Positions 1-9,421 of a stretch of DNA of 64,000 bases are shown in pieces. The first letter of the stretch is position 1. Each line of letters opens with the position of its first letter. Source of the DNA: an uncultured Candidatus Saccharibacteria bacterium (GTDB lineage: Bacteria; Patescibacteriota; Minisyncoccia; Phycocordibacterales; UBA918); the NCBI GenBank assembly GCA_964552045.1, contig CAZKFF010000004.1, positions 20,368 through 84,367 of the forward strand, in the 5' to 3' direction. A program made the translations under genes and the position numbers. Under the pieces are notes generated by a model, which searched no databases, was not told the origin of the DNA, and worked only from the letters and a program-made list of their open reading frames with translations.

Positions 1-2932
1 AAGACGGATATGATTCTCCTGAGTTGGTCTCAACGGGCAGGTCTGCATTAACGTCATAGAGCCTGAAGTAATATACGGTGTTCACGTGCACGGTTTTGGG
101 GATGATCGAGAACTCATACTCAGTTGCTGCACCGTTGCTATGCCTGAACCCGCTGTGCGGCAGCGGGCTTTCGTTGTGCGTGCCACACCCAACTCCTGCG
201 CCTGCGCTGCACGAATCCGCATCGGAAAGCACCGCCGTGGTGATCGTGGCATTGTCAACGCCTGCGCCATCGAAATAGCACCACACCGATGTATTTGTAC
301 AGGTGCTCGTGCTGCTGACGTCGGTAGAGGTCGCGAAGTTTATATCTTCAGAGAATTGGAGCTTGAAACGCGCATCGTCTTCCGGCATATTGGATATCTC
401 TTTGACGGTCACGCGCAGTTTCAGCGAATCATTTCGCGTCACATCTATGGGTGCAGTTACCTCTGAGGCAAGCGCCAGGCTTGGCGTTTCATTCTCTGCA
501 TCCCCGTAAAAACGCCAGTGCTGGCTCCGCGGATTGAAGCTTGCGGTACGCAATTGCGGATAATCCGTATACTCGCCCAAGAGCGTACCATTCTGTTCGA
601 CCATGCGGAAGCAGTAGAACGTCCCGGAGGGCGCATTGTTCTGCTGTATGAGCCAATCGAATTCCACATCGTCTCCCATGTCTACCGCATACGGGTTTAT
701 AGCGCTGCTATTCTCCTTTTCATACGTTCCTGCCGTATCTGATACGGTCAGATTGAGGTCACCGCTTGTCGGCGGTTCTGTGCTCAGAACCGTACCGTCG
801 GTAGTCGAGGCATTATAGCCTCTCCAAAGCGCACCAGAGCCGATCGCCCCGACGTCCGTCCAGTTCGCTTCACTGATAGCCCCGCAGGTACTTATTCGTT
901 CTCCATACTGGAGCTTGAAACTCTTGGAGTATTGCGGGAAGGTTGCGGTCTCAGCCGTAAGCGACATGCGGATGCGGATGCGCTCGCCATTCTGCAAGGG
1001 TTCGTCGGTTTCGGTCAAGACTGTGTTCTCTCCGAGATCGACAACACCTTCGGGCCATGGGTCGGTCGGATCAATCGCATTGTTGTCAACATAGAATCGG
1101 TAATCGTTCTGATCGAGCGACAACTTAGCCGTCGGCCATTCAACGACCTCAGTGCGGTAATCCATCTGCGTTCCCGTGTCACTTCTCCATATTTCGTAAT
1201 GGGTCGATGAAGCGATAAAAAAGCCAGCGATCGGCCGCGGATACGTCGTGCCGATGCCTACGCCGGATGTATTGGCGAAGATCGATGCGACAGAAATGTC
1301 CGTGAGGGTCTTTCCGATCGACACGCTCAGGGTTAAGGGCTCATCGCCCCCCGATGTATTTCCATTTGAGCGCGTCACCGCCATAGAGCCAAGACCAGTT
1401 TGTGTGTTCTCGATAACCCATGCCACGGAAGTCTGATCGCCCGGATTGTTCGCACCGTTTTGCAGGAGGAACGAGACTGCGCCGATGCTCGAGAGCCACA
1501 CTTCATGGCCGTATTCATCTGTTCCCGACAGTCCCGTCCCCGAACGCTTCTGCGTATGGATGAAACTCCGCACAAGGCTGTTCACCGGCGTGATGCTCTC
1601 CGTCTCAGTCACGCCTGCAGCTGCATAGGTATGCTCAACGCGCTCAATGTTCCAATTCGCCCCGGTAAATTCCACCACCGCGTAGCTCACTACTGCGGCA
1701 TCACCGCCTGTCTCGCCGCGGGTGAACACCGGCTCGTCTGTTGCATTTGCCCAGGCTGCCGTTGAAATGCCCGTATTATAATCGCTTGTGGTCGTGTCGG
1801 GCGTGCGCTGTCCGGTTATAAAGACAACCACATCATTGTCATCTGCAACAGATGCTGCTGTTCCGGTTGCAGAGAGTGCGGTCGTGCCGTATGTCAGCAC
1901 ATCCTGATCGCGTACGATAAACTCATTGTCTGATCCGGGAATGCCGACAAACTCAACGATCTCCCACGACACGCGCGAATTATTCAGCGCTGTGCCCGCC
2001 CGTGTGAATGTCACTGATGTGGCGATATTCTCAGGGTCAGCAATGGCAACGGTGACATCGTCTGCCGGCTGGGTTCCACCGATAACATTCTTTCCCGCCC
2101 CGGTGTAGTGCGAGTTCGTGATCCTGATGAATGCGGAGGAAGTCGCTGCCGGGGCGATGTAGTCCACTCCTGCAGTGATGGTCGCGGAGGTGCCGCTTAC
2201 CGTGACCGTGCCACGCTGCACAGTGAAATCGCGCTCCGACGCGGTGGTGAGTTCAGGATAGACACTGTATGCGTCGAGCGGCGATCCCGACGCACTCAGC
2301 CTGAAGCAGTACGTTGCGCCGTATGCTGCCTGCTGCGTCTGTATGATCGAAAACTCAGTTTCAATGAATTCTGTTGACGCCAAAGTAGTTGAGGCGACCA
2401 AAGGCGATGTATCCTTCAGTGCGGCATTTGCAGAGATGAAAGTTGTGTTCTCATCAGTGATGCCGCCAGCAGCTTCGCTGATGTTCGTCGTATTGCTGCC
2501 GTCGGTGATGTGTGACGAATCATACATCTCCCACGCAGCGTTTACTGCATTGACATTCACCCACGCAGCCACAGCGCTGCAGGAGGTGATCTTTGTCCCG
2601 TATTGCAACTGCAGAGCTGTTGACGACGATGTGACTACTCCTTCATTCGACACACCGATGCGCAACCGCACTGCTGTCTCGCGCGACACAGAATCGATCG
2701 CTGTATCCTCATTTCCCTGTGTCAGCGAGGCGGCGAGCGTCTCAGACCCGTCATCAGCACGCCAGTGATAGTGCACCTGTGTCAGGGCATCGTCTGCCCC
2801 ATGTACTTGCATTATTTTCAAAAGCGAACCGTCAATGCCGCTGCAGCTGAACGCAAGAAAGAGCAGCACGACGCATGCCAGGCATTTCTGCACAATCAAA
2901 AAGCAACGGTTTTGGTAACTCCGCCTGTTCAT
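1..2932 (-). CDS. Large secreted repeat protein, 5' part only (the gene runs off the window start). ATG at 2930-2932, N-terminal signal peptide MNRRSYQNRCFLIVQKCLACVVLLFLAFSCSG, then at least three copies of a ~200-aa domain (HY[RH]WR.DDG ... LQYG ... C ... YCFR[ML]) that also occurs in the giant protein.
   Basis: Hand translation of the minus strand from 2932 downwards shows an open frame with no stop through position 1. The six-frame track has no other long ORF covering 1-2930 because this ORF is unterminated. Signal peptide plus homology of the repeated domain to giant-protein residues ~1380-1505 (FKLQYG...YCFRMV.QDGT.L..Y..YPQ). A GAGGAAG Shine-Dalgarno-like motif lies ~20 nt upstream. 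Confidence 0.55.
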   Translation of the reverse strand, partial: MNRRSYQNRCFLIVQKCLACVVLLFLAFSCSGIDGSLLKIMQVHGADDALTQVHYHWRADDGSETLAASLTQGNEDTAIDSVSRETAVRLRIGVSNEGVVTSSSTALQLQYGTKITSCSAVAAWVNVNAVNAAWEMYDSSHITDGSNTTNISEAAGGITDENTTFISANAALKDTSPLVASTTLASTEFIETEFSIIQTQQAAYGATYCFRLSASGSPLDAYSVYPELTTASERDFTVQRGTVTVSGTSATITAGVDYIAPAATSSAFIRITNSHYTGAGKNVIGGTQPADDVTVAIADPENIATSVTFTRAGTALNNSRVSWEIVEFVGIPGSDNEFIVRDQDVLTYGTTALSATGTAASVADDNDVVVFITGQRTPDTTTSDYNTGISTAAWANATDEPVFTRGETGGDAAVVSYAVVEFTGANWNIERVEHTYAAAGVTETESITPVNSLVRSFIHTQKRSGTGLSGTDEYGHEVWLSSIGAVSFLLQNGANNPGDQTSVAWVIENTQTGLGSMAVTRSNGNTSGGDEPLTLSVSIGKTLTDISVASIFANTSGVGIGTTYPRPIAGFFIASSTHYEIWRSDTGTQMDYRTEVVEWPTAKLSLDQNDYRFYVDNNAIDPTDPWPEGVVDLGENTVLTETDEPLQNGERIRIRMSLTAETATFPQYSKSFKLQYGERISTCGAISEANWTDVGAIGSGALWRGYNASTTDGTVLSTEPPTSGDLNLTVSDTAGTYEKENSSAINPYAVDMGDDVEFDWLIQQNNAPSGTFYCFRMVEQNGTLLGEYTDYPQLRTASFNPRSQHWRFYGDAENETPSLALASEVTAPIDVTRNDSLKLRVTVKEISNMPEDDARFKLQFSEDINFATSTDVSSTSTCTNTSVWCYFDGAGVDNATITTAVLSDADSCSAGAGVGCGTHNESPLPHSGFRHSNGAATEYEFSIIPKTVHVNTVYYFRLYDVNADLPVETNSGESYPS

Positions 2933-2949
2933 ATTCTGTTCTCTGTATT

Positions 2950-4686
2950 CTATCCTACTTCCTCTGTGCTTGTGCTTAATGCAGGTGGAATAATAACGTC
3001 GGGAATATGGCTAACATCCTCGGTTTCTGCTGTTGTTGTCGCGGTTGAGACGATCAGATCAGCCACAGCAATGTCCGGTGTGGAGGTCGCTGGCGCTTCG
3101 AGCGTTGAGGAAGCCGTCAGATCAAGCGTGGAATCTGCAATGGGATCCGTACTTGTTCCCGTCCCCATCCCCTGCGGCAAGGGTTCCAATTCCTCGATCT
3201 CTCCGTTCTTTGGAGAGTTTTTGTTCTGAATAAGCGCGCGTGTTTCTCCGGTCTGATCGGGGTCAGGCAATTCATCGGGGAGGTCCGCCGGTATACTGTT
3301 GAGCATGAACGCTTGTCCGTTATCAAAATCATATCCCAGAGTCTGCACATCGCCCTCGTCGTTCGTGCTGTCATAGACGAGTACGAAACGAGGGTTCTCC
3401 ACTTTCGCATTGCCGTCTGATTTCACATATTCGATATGCTCTGTCTTCTGGTCATAGACAGCGACCTGCCATCCGTCTGCGAACTGGCTCTGCCACACGA
3501 TATACCCTCCTCGTATGCTCGGAGACACGTCCTGCTGCGTATTGTCGGTCAGCCTGCGCAGTTCGGTTCCGTCGTCATACATGATCTCCCAGTTGTTATC
3601 GATCCATGCCTGATACATGGTGATATCGCCGTACGCGACCGGTTCCATGTTGTTGTACCGGGTGTTGGTCAGACGCACCTCTTCATTGGTACGCATATTG
3701 TACGACATGATCTGATAACGATCATTATAATTCGCATGCCAGACGATACGATCCGAGAGCGCATCATAGTACGGTGCGTTGTCGTCTATGAGATTCGATG
3801 TCAGCTGCGTCTCTTCCCCGTTGAGTCGCACAAAGATCTCCATATCGCCGTCTGCATCGGGCGCCGCAAATACCCCGTCTTCGGTGAAGGCGGCCGCATT
3901 CTCTGTACTGCTGCAGTAGTAGGCTCCATCACCGACGCTTGCGCATTCCTTGGTATCAAACTCATACGCATTTGCATTATGCTCGACATGCACCGCTTCT
4001 GTTGTGGTTGCTTCTGTCGCAGCTTCTGTTTCCGTCTCGAAACTGTCATCTTCTTCAGCGGTCACTTCTTGATCTTCTTCGGTCGGAGTTTCGTCTGATG
4101 GAGCAGCCGGTGTTTCCTCCTGCTCCGCTTCAGAGACCCCTTCGGGTTCCTGGGCTTCTTCATCCGATGAACCACCGACCGTCTGTACTGTCGTGGTTGC
4201 AGCAGATTCTGAAACCGCAGGCATGGTGCTGGTGGATGCCGATCCCTGCTGATTGTCGGTTCCAGTCTGCAATTCGGTTTCTGTAGCAGAAACTTCCTCC
4301 AGCTCTGTGTTCGCTGTTACCTCCGACGGTTCCTTTGCGTCAGAAATTATGTCTGGCACCGGTTCTGCCGCTTCTTCATCCGCTGTCGCTTCCTCAACGT
4401 CATGCATCTCACCTTCCAGCGCTTCTTCACTTTCTGTTTCCAAAATCTGCTGTGGCTCTTCTGCTGTCACAATGGCAGCTTCCTGCTGCGGCGCTGCTTC
4501 AATGTCTGGTTCGCTTTCTTCGGGAGCGACTGTTTCGGTCACTTCAGCTGCAAACGCCAGCGATACCGGCTGCAGAAGCAAAAAACCGAAGAGCACACAG
4601 ACACCAATGCGAACTGCAGCACTTTCAAACACCACGCTATAGAGCGTTGTTGTATATTTTTTTTGTTGATTGAGTGATATGCCCAT
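2950..4686 (-). CDS. Secreted/membrane-anchored protein with a long acidic Glu/Thr/Ala-rich N-terminal region and a PD40/TolB-like beta-propeller repeat region (YNDRYQIMSYNMRTNEEVRLTNTRYNNMEPV ... YDDGTELRRLTDNTQQDVSPSIRGGYIVWQSQ).
   Basis: 578-aa ORF. N-terminal hydrophobic segment (RIGVCVLFGFLLLQPVSLAFA). Repeated ~40-aa D/N-rich motifs resemble WD40-like PD40 repeats of TolB-family propellers. Confidence 0.55.
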   Translation of the reverse strand: MGISLNQQKKYTTTLYSVVFESAAVRIGVCVLFGFLLLQPVSLAFAAEVTETVAPEESEPDIEAAPQQEAAIVTAEEPQQILETESEEALEGEMHDVEEATADEEAAEPVPDIISDAKEPSEVTANTELEEVSATETELQTGTDNQQGSASTSTMPAVSESAATTTVQTVGGSSDEEAQEPEGVSEAEQEETPAAPSDETPTEEDQEVTAEEDDSFETETEAATEATTTEAVHVEHNANAYEFDTKECASVGDGAYYCSSTENAAAFTEDGVFAAPDADGDMEIFVRLNGEETQLTSNLIDDNAPYYDALSDRIVWHANYNDRYQIMSYNMRTNEEVRLTNTRYNNMEPVAYGDITMYQAWIDNNWEIMYDDGTELRRLTDNTQQDVSPSIRGGYIVWQSQFADGWQVAVYDQKTEHIEYVKSDGNAKVENPRFVLVYDSTNDEGDVQTLGYDFDNGQAFMLNSIPADLPDELPDPDQTGETRALIQNKNSPKNGEIEELEPLPQGMGTGTSTDPIADSTLDLTASSTLEAPATSTPDIAVADLIVSTATTTAETEDVSHIPDVIIPPALSTSTEEVG

Positions 4687-4950
4687 ACGGAATTAAGGTG
4701 ACAAACTCATCACCTTATCCACTTTCCATGTACGAACAAACAGCCTGACAAAAACAAATATCAAGCGATACAAAGTATTGCGTACTATTCTTTTGTTCTG
4801 TTGTGCCCTACGTTGTTCGAGCATGCGTTTAAACTGTGGCATTTAAACTCTTCTCGAGCATCTTGAGACTAATCCCGACACCCGAGATTATTCCCATCAC
4901 TCCTTAATTTTACTCTTTATGTGTAAAGCAAGCTGAAGGTTATCAACAAC

Positions 4951-5721
4951 TCAGCGTATAAATGAATCAGCTAAAATGATCCCAAAATCCCTGAATGTCA
5001 TGCTACCGTCCCCGTTGAAGTCATACACCACGCTCCTGTTGCCCCATGCGGACATGAACCGGCTGATATCGGCTATGGTCACGTTTCCATCACCGTCGAT
5101 GTCAGTTACGATAATGATCGCAGCTGCACCCTGAAGATTGACACCGTTTGCGCCCTCTGACGCGAGATCCTGTCCATCAGTGATATAGAGCGTTGCGGAG
5201 TCTCCATTAGTACGCTCGACAGATACTTTTGAACCGCTTCCATCCCCAGCGAGCAATACCACATCCTCAACCGAGACCTGGGCCAGGCCGGTTTCAGTGG
5301 CGCGTGCATTGACCGTGGCGATAAGGTGATCGCCTTTGAATCCGCGTCGGAACGTTCCTCCCTGCAAAATAACCGTATTGTTCTCAACATATGGGTCTTG
5401 GGTCCAGAGCGTTATCACCGACTCTCCAGTATCAATGCCGAGCACTTCGATCTGATCCTTCGGAAATGACAGACTGATGTCCACTGCATTGACTGCAACA
5501 TGCGCATTGACATACACGCCAATTTGAAACGTATCCCCAGCATGAAGCGCCTGTTGGGATGATTCGATATGGATATAGGATGTGCCGCTGCTTATAACTG
5601 CAGCAACGCTCAGAAGAGCGGCAAATGCGAACACCAGCGGAAAAGCGTACCGCACGGTCGAACTCCTGTTTGGCAAGCAGGGCGCGCAAAAGTAGTAGAT
5701 GATTTTTCGTATCAGGTTCAT
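4951..5721 (-). CDS. Small secreted protein with an N-terminal cohesin-like beta-sandwich module and a C-terminal type I dockerin (two Ca-binding repeats: DIDGDGNVTIADISRFMSAW / DFNGDGSMTFRDFGIILADSF). Candidate adaptor.
   Basis: Signal peptide. The region HAGDTFQIGVYVNAHVAVNAVDISLSFPKDQIEVLGIDTGESVITLWTQ...VSVEDVVLLAGDGSG resembles the cohesin-like modules of 6400..8160 and 38454..40004. The C-terminus matches the dockerin EF-hand-like duplicated segment (D.D/N.DG.V...D... twice). Confidence 0.6.
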   Translation of the reverse strand: MNLIRKIIYYFCAPCLPNRSSTVRYAFPLVFAFAALLSVAAVISSGTSYIHIESSQQALHAGDTFQIGVYVNAHVAVNAVDISLSFPKDQIEVLGIDTGESVITLWTQDPYVENNTVILQGGTFRRGFKGDHLIATVNARATETGLAQVSVEDVVLLAGDGSGSKVSVERTNGDSATLYITDGQDLASEGANGVNLQGAAAIIIVTDIDGDGNVTIADISRFMSAWGNRSVVYDFNGDGSMTFRDFGIILADSFIR

Positions 5722-6389
5722 AGATCGAGAAGCTCCTGTCGCCTCTTGTCTATTTGTATGGAGAGAAGCTCGAGCGAATCTTTGGTCTCTTGGCCCTGTG
5801 CAAGAAGTGCTTGCATCTCATCTGAACCGATCGGCGACTGTGCCAAAAGCGCATCAATGATATCGCCCTGTATCTGTACAAGCTGCGTCGAGAGCCGGCT
5901 CCGCTCCTGTTCCATCTCAACAAGTTCTTTCCAGCCTGAAACATTGTAGGTGATTCCGTACGCCTTTTTGTCGAACAAAGCGAGTATGCCGATGAGATCC
6001 TCGTATACTTCAAACTCGCGGGAAAGCCGCGAGACCATGACTGCCTTGCGCTCCGCATAAAAATTACCGCATGCGCTGAAGAGCGACTCCACTTCGCGCA
6101 GCTCTGGCCTACCAAGCTGCGAGAGCGAACTCAGGAGTGTATCGAACCGCTCACGATTCTCCGGGGTGCAGTCCTTGATGATCTCTTCGACGACCGCATC
6201 GGCTCCGTCACGCGCAGTCAATTCAGCAATGGCAGCGAGCCTCGTCTCCTGCTCCGCTATAGTGAGCTGTGTCTTAAGTATGTATTCCGACTGTGCATCC
6301 TCTATGTATAGGGACGCAGCAAGAAATACGAGAAAAATAAAGAAGAACGCAAGCGCCAGGATCTTCTTATGGGAAAGCAATGCATGCAT
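5718..6389 (-). CDS. Membrane-anchored coiled-coil hypothetical protein (N-terminal TM, helical/charged ectodomain).
   Basis: 223-aa ORF overlapping both neighbours by 4 nt (operonic). N-terminal hydrophobic helix ILALAFFFIFLVFLAASLYI. Confidence 0.45.
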   Translation of the reverse strand: MHALLSHKKILALAFFFIFLVFLAASLYIEDAQSEYILKTQLTIAEQETRLAAIAELTARDGADAVVEEIIKDCTPENRERFDTLLSSLSQLGRPELREVESLFSACGNFYAERKAVMVSRLSREFEVYEDLIGILALFDKKAYGITYNVSGWKELVEMEQERSRLSTQLVQIQGDIIDALLAQSPIGSDEMQALLAQGQETKDSLELLSIQIDKRRQELLDL

Positions 6390-6399
6390 AGTATGTTCA

Positions 6400-8160
6400 T
6401 TAGTCTACCAAATCTTCCACATCTCCTATCTCCTTTTCTACGCGTTTCTGCGAGACTGCAAGCGCCTGTGTAAGTGACTCGAAGAGCGCCGCCTCTGCTT
6501 TCGTGAGCTTCTTCGTTTTGCGCGCGCCTTCAAGCTGCGCCTTCTGAGACCCCAGCTCCTTCTGGAGTTTTTGGAACTCCGACGCCAGCATGGACAGAGC
6601 TTCTTGTGCCTCTTTGCTGACGCCTTTCTTCAATGACCGTATCCGAGCCAAGAGAATGACGCCGCCGAGGAATAATACTGCACACAATGCGGCAAGCGGT
6701 ACGACAACCGACAGTACACTCACCAGAAATCCGCCGAGCCGTATGAATCCCGGCTGCTGTACCGCTATACGGATCGGATCGGAGACATCGCTCTGCGCGC
6801 CGTACTGGTCAATCGCCACCGCAGTGAGTTCATAGACACCGAGTGAGAGCCGTCCGTCAGGGATGAAAACGAACTCGCCGCTCTCCGAGCTTGTGACCTC
6901 GAATTCTCTCGCTGCGGAAGCTGTCGATACGCCGAGCCCGGTTTGCGTGAGGGTGACCTTCACCTTCGCATTTGGACGCGTAATACCCTTTATAACCGGT
7001 ATGACCTGTTCGTTGATCTCTGTTGGATATTCGGTGAACTGCGGCTTGTCGAATGCGAGAATGCCAAAGGAGAATGTACTGATGATGCTGTTGCCAGCCT
7101 CGTCGAACGCCTCAATGATCGCGGTATGGTGGCCAGGCTCCAGTGCGGGAAGCATCAGCGTGGAGCTGCCGGTCTCATCAATGAACTCATACGGCTCCTT
7201 CCCGTCAAGCTGCACGAGGAAACGCCGCACGAGCGAGGTCGCATCTTCAGTCTTCAGTACGAGTGTCTGCACCGGACTGGAAAGATCAGCAGCCTCAGGC
7301 AGTGCTATCTCGAACATCGCCGGTTTTTCTGTGTCCACTGCCAGACGGTAATGCGCGACCTTGCCCCAGCCTTCCGCGTTTTTGAACTGCATATGGAAAT
7401 ACGACACGCCTTCATCAAGGTCTTCAAGCGTGATGTCGCGGATCGGTGTGTCATAGACCTTCGTCGGTATCGATCCCGAATTCTCATCAAGAAGCGTGCG
7501 GACTGCGGTCACACCCTCAGGTACTGTCCAGCTCAATGAGGCGGTCTTCTGCGTATACCACGCAGCACTGTCCGGATGCGTTTCGGACTGTATCTGTGGC
7601 GCTCCGGGCGTGTTCGCAGGCGCAATGTACTCGATGGTTTCGGGCTCCGGCACGACATCAGCGGCACTTATGGTGTACGCACCGCCATTCATCGACGTGA
7701 GCACATTTGTCCCCTTTCCGTCAGCTGCAAGGACCGACCCGTTCGTAAACGATACTTTAGGACTGCCGGCGCTGTTTGCTTTGAACGTAACAGAAATAAC
7801 CGTGCCATTGCTTCCGGTGTACCCCGTAGGACTGCCGCCGCTGAACGTGATGGTACCGTTGGCATTGGAGTACGAAGGTTCTGCTGTCCATAGATTGAAA
7901 ATGCTCCCTTTGCTCACCCCGATGACGCTTATCTCCCTCGGATTGAATGAAAGCGTTCCGTCGGCGGCATTGATCGGTTCGCCGCTTGTGTTGACCACAA
8001 CGCGTGCGGTGAACGTCGATCCCGCGGTATAGACCCCTGTGCCGGGTGCAAGTGAAAGCGTTGCCGCATGAGCAGAAGCGCCGCAGAGCACAAACAGCGC
8101 GATGAGCGTGATTTTTATTGCGATGAGACTATGTGTATGGTACCGGTGCATGTTATTCAA
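6400..8160 (-). CDS. Cohesin-like domain surface protein anchored by a C-terminal TM helix followed by a cytoplasmic coiled-coil tail.
   Basis: 586 aa. Signal peptide (...CGASAHAATLSL). N-terminal module TGVYTAGSTFTARVVVNTSGEPINAADGTLSFNPREISVIGVSKGSIFNLWT...GTVISVTFKANSAGSPKVSFTNGSVLAADGKGTNVL. C-terminal LGGFLVSVLSVVVPLAALCAVLFLGGVILLA TM plus KKGVSKEAQEAL...QKELGSQKAQLEGARK coiled coil. Paralog of 38454..40004. Confidence 0.6.
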   Translation of the reverse strand: MNNMHRYHTHSLIAIKITLIALFVLCGASAHAATLSLAPGTGVYTAGSTFTARVVVNTSGEPINAADGTLSFNPREISVIGVSKGSIFNLWTAEPSYSNANGTITFSGGSPTGYTGSNGTVISVTFKANSAGSPKVSFTNGSVLAADGKGTNVLTSMNGGAYTISAADVVPEPETIEYIAPANTPGAPQIQSETHPDSAAWYTQKTASLSWTVPEGVTAVRTLLDENSGSIPTKVYDTPIRDITLEDLDEGVSYFHMQFKNAEGWGKVAHYRLAVDTEKPAMFEIALPEAADLSSPVQTLVLKTEDATSLVRRFLVQLDGKEPYEFIDETGSSTLMLPALEPGHHTAIIEAFDEAGNSIISTFSFGILAFDKPQFTEYPTEINEQVIPVIKGITRPNAKVKVTLTQTGLGVSTASAAREFEVTSSESGEFVFIPDGRLSLGVYELTAVAIDQYGAQSDVSDPIRIAVQQPGFIRLGGFLVSVLSVVVPLAALCAVLFLGGVILLARIRSLKKGVSKEAQEALSMLASEFQKLQKELGSQKAQLEGARKTKKLTKAEAALFESLTQALAVSQKRVEKEIGDVEDLVD

Positions 8161-9223
8161 TATCCTCCTCTGTCAACTCTGCTTTTCTTCTGGTGCGGCG
8201 TCTGAACAGGAACACAGCGATACCTGCACATACCCCAAGCAGTGCCACTATGGATGCTGCGAGCACGCCTATGATAAACAGATTGTCCTCGGAGAACGTC
8301 CGTTGACTTTCTTCTGGTACGAGCGTCGCGATGTATTCATTGCCTGCCTTATCTATTGCACGCACGCGGATGGTGCTGTTAAGCGACTGGTCATCAAGCA
8401 CATATGGGCTCTTTGCCTCTACCCATGGCGCGGTCTCCGCGCCCCAGCCAAAGAGGTTTTTCGAATCAAGCGGCTCTTCGATGACCTCGTAGTGATCGAC
8501 GCCAGATTGCTTGTCGGTAGTGTTGAAGGAGATGTGGTATTTTCCGAATTCATTGGGAATCCTACTAAGTGAAATGCTGAACTTCTCCGGCGGCAACTGG
8601 TCATTTGCGACCGCTTCCTGCCAGGGGTTCTGCACAGTTGCCCCCGCCTCCTTTGCCAGTAGAACTGAAGCACCAAACACCTGCGGTTCCACCCGTGTTC
8701 CAAAGCCGTCGTTGAGCAGCACGTGCGTCTGCGGATCGAAACCGATCGAGGCGACATTGCCGCTTTCGCTTTGACCGATCTGCAAACCCGGAGACTGGAA
8801 CAACAGATCGATAACATTGTTGGTCAGGCGCGGATCACCCGGGATACGTCCGCAGTAGCCATTGGGTATGCCTCCGGCGAAGGTGATCGTCCGATTCTCC
8901 TTGTTGATGACCGGCTCTTCTACCCAGAGGTTGAGAACGGAATTGCCCCGCGATGTATCAACCGGTTGGATGTTTTCGCTGTACGTAATAACCGCATCGA
9001 CGACGTTGACGCATTCACCTTCGTCTGTGTCGAGGCGCACCGAGATCACCATAGTGTCGCCGCGCTTAAGCTCAGCCTGATTAGGGTCCATGTACAAGCT
9101 GGCAGCATGAGCTTCGTGGGCAACACACAAGAGCAATACCTGTAGAGACAGCAGAAGCACACCTTTTTTCATGTAATTAAGTATACCGTGCACTTTTGCT
9201 TCAGGACTGGAATTGCTGTGCAT
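8153..9223 (-). CDS. Cohesin-like domain surface protein with a C-terminal TM anchor (LFIIGVLAASIVALLGVCAGIAVFLF-RRRTRRK).
   Basis: 356 aa. The likely start is the internal MKKGVLLL signal peptide. N-terminal module ASLYMDPNQAELKRGDTMVISVRLDTDEGECVNVVDAVITYSENIQPVDTSRGNSVLNLWVEEP follows the same pattern as the other cohesin-like modules. 8-nt overlap with the upstream gene. Confidence 0.5.
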   Translation of the reverse strand: MHSNSSPEAKVHGILNYMKKGVLLLSLQVLLLCVAHEAHAASLYMDPNQAELKRGDTMVISVRLDTDEGECVNVVDAVITYSENIQPVDTSRGNSVLNLWVEEPVINKENRTITFAGGIPNGYCGRIPGDPRLTNNVIDLLFQSPGLQIGQSESGNVASIGFDPQTHVLLNDGFGTRVEPQVFGASVLLAKEAGATVQNPWQEAVANDQLPPEKFSISLSRIPNEFGKYHISFNTTDKQSGVDHYEVIEEPLDSKNLFGWGAETAPWVEAKSPYVLDDQSLNSTIRVRAIDKAGNEYIATLVPEESQRTFSEDNLFIIGVLAASIVALLGVCAGIAVFLFRRRTRRKAELTEEDIE

Positions 9224-9255
9224 AGTCCTCTCTTCTGAGCTTTACCCAAACAAAA

Positions 9256-9286
9256 AACCTACTCGTGGTGGGAGATAGGTTTTTTG
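9256..9286 (-). terminator. Rho-independent terminator-like hairpin with A/T runs on both sides (aaaaaacctactcgtggtgggagataggtttttt), downstream of the 9422..10558 gene.
   Basis: GC-rich imperfect stem flanked by an A-run and a T-run. It lies in the 198-bp gap after a monocistronic minus-strand gene. Confidence 0.4.
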
Positions 9287-9421
9287 CAGCTCTTGCTATT
9301 GCAATTTTCGCACCAAACAAGTATTCATCATGCGGTGCACAACTATTCCTTCTTTGGTGTACAAGAGAAATAAATCGTTGCTGTTCAAGATACGCGAATA
9401 CTCGAACAGGTCATTATTTCC

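Noticed and set aside
78-2768. Multiple 60-150-aa plus-strand ORFs in the track across 1-2900 (e.g. 86..466, 1400..1765, 2343..2768).
   Set aside because: They lie antisense to a continuous minus-strand ORF encoding a signal-peptide repeat protein. Their products are low-complexity Arg/Cys/Pro-rich nonsense, typical of shadow frames in GC-rich DNA.
4695-4715. Inverted repeat AAGGTGA-N7-TCACCTT just upstream of the 2950..4686 start.
   Set aside because: Short (7 bp). It could simply be a Shine-Dalgarno-like sequence and its complement. Not enough to call a regulatory site.
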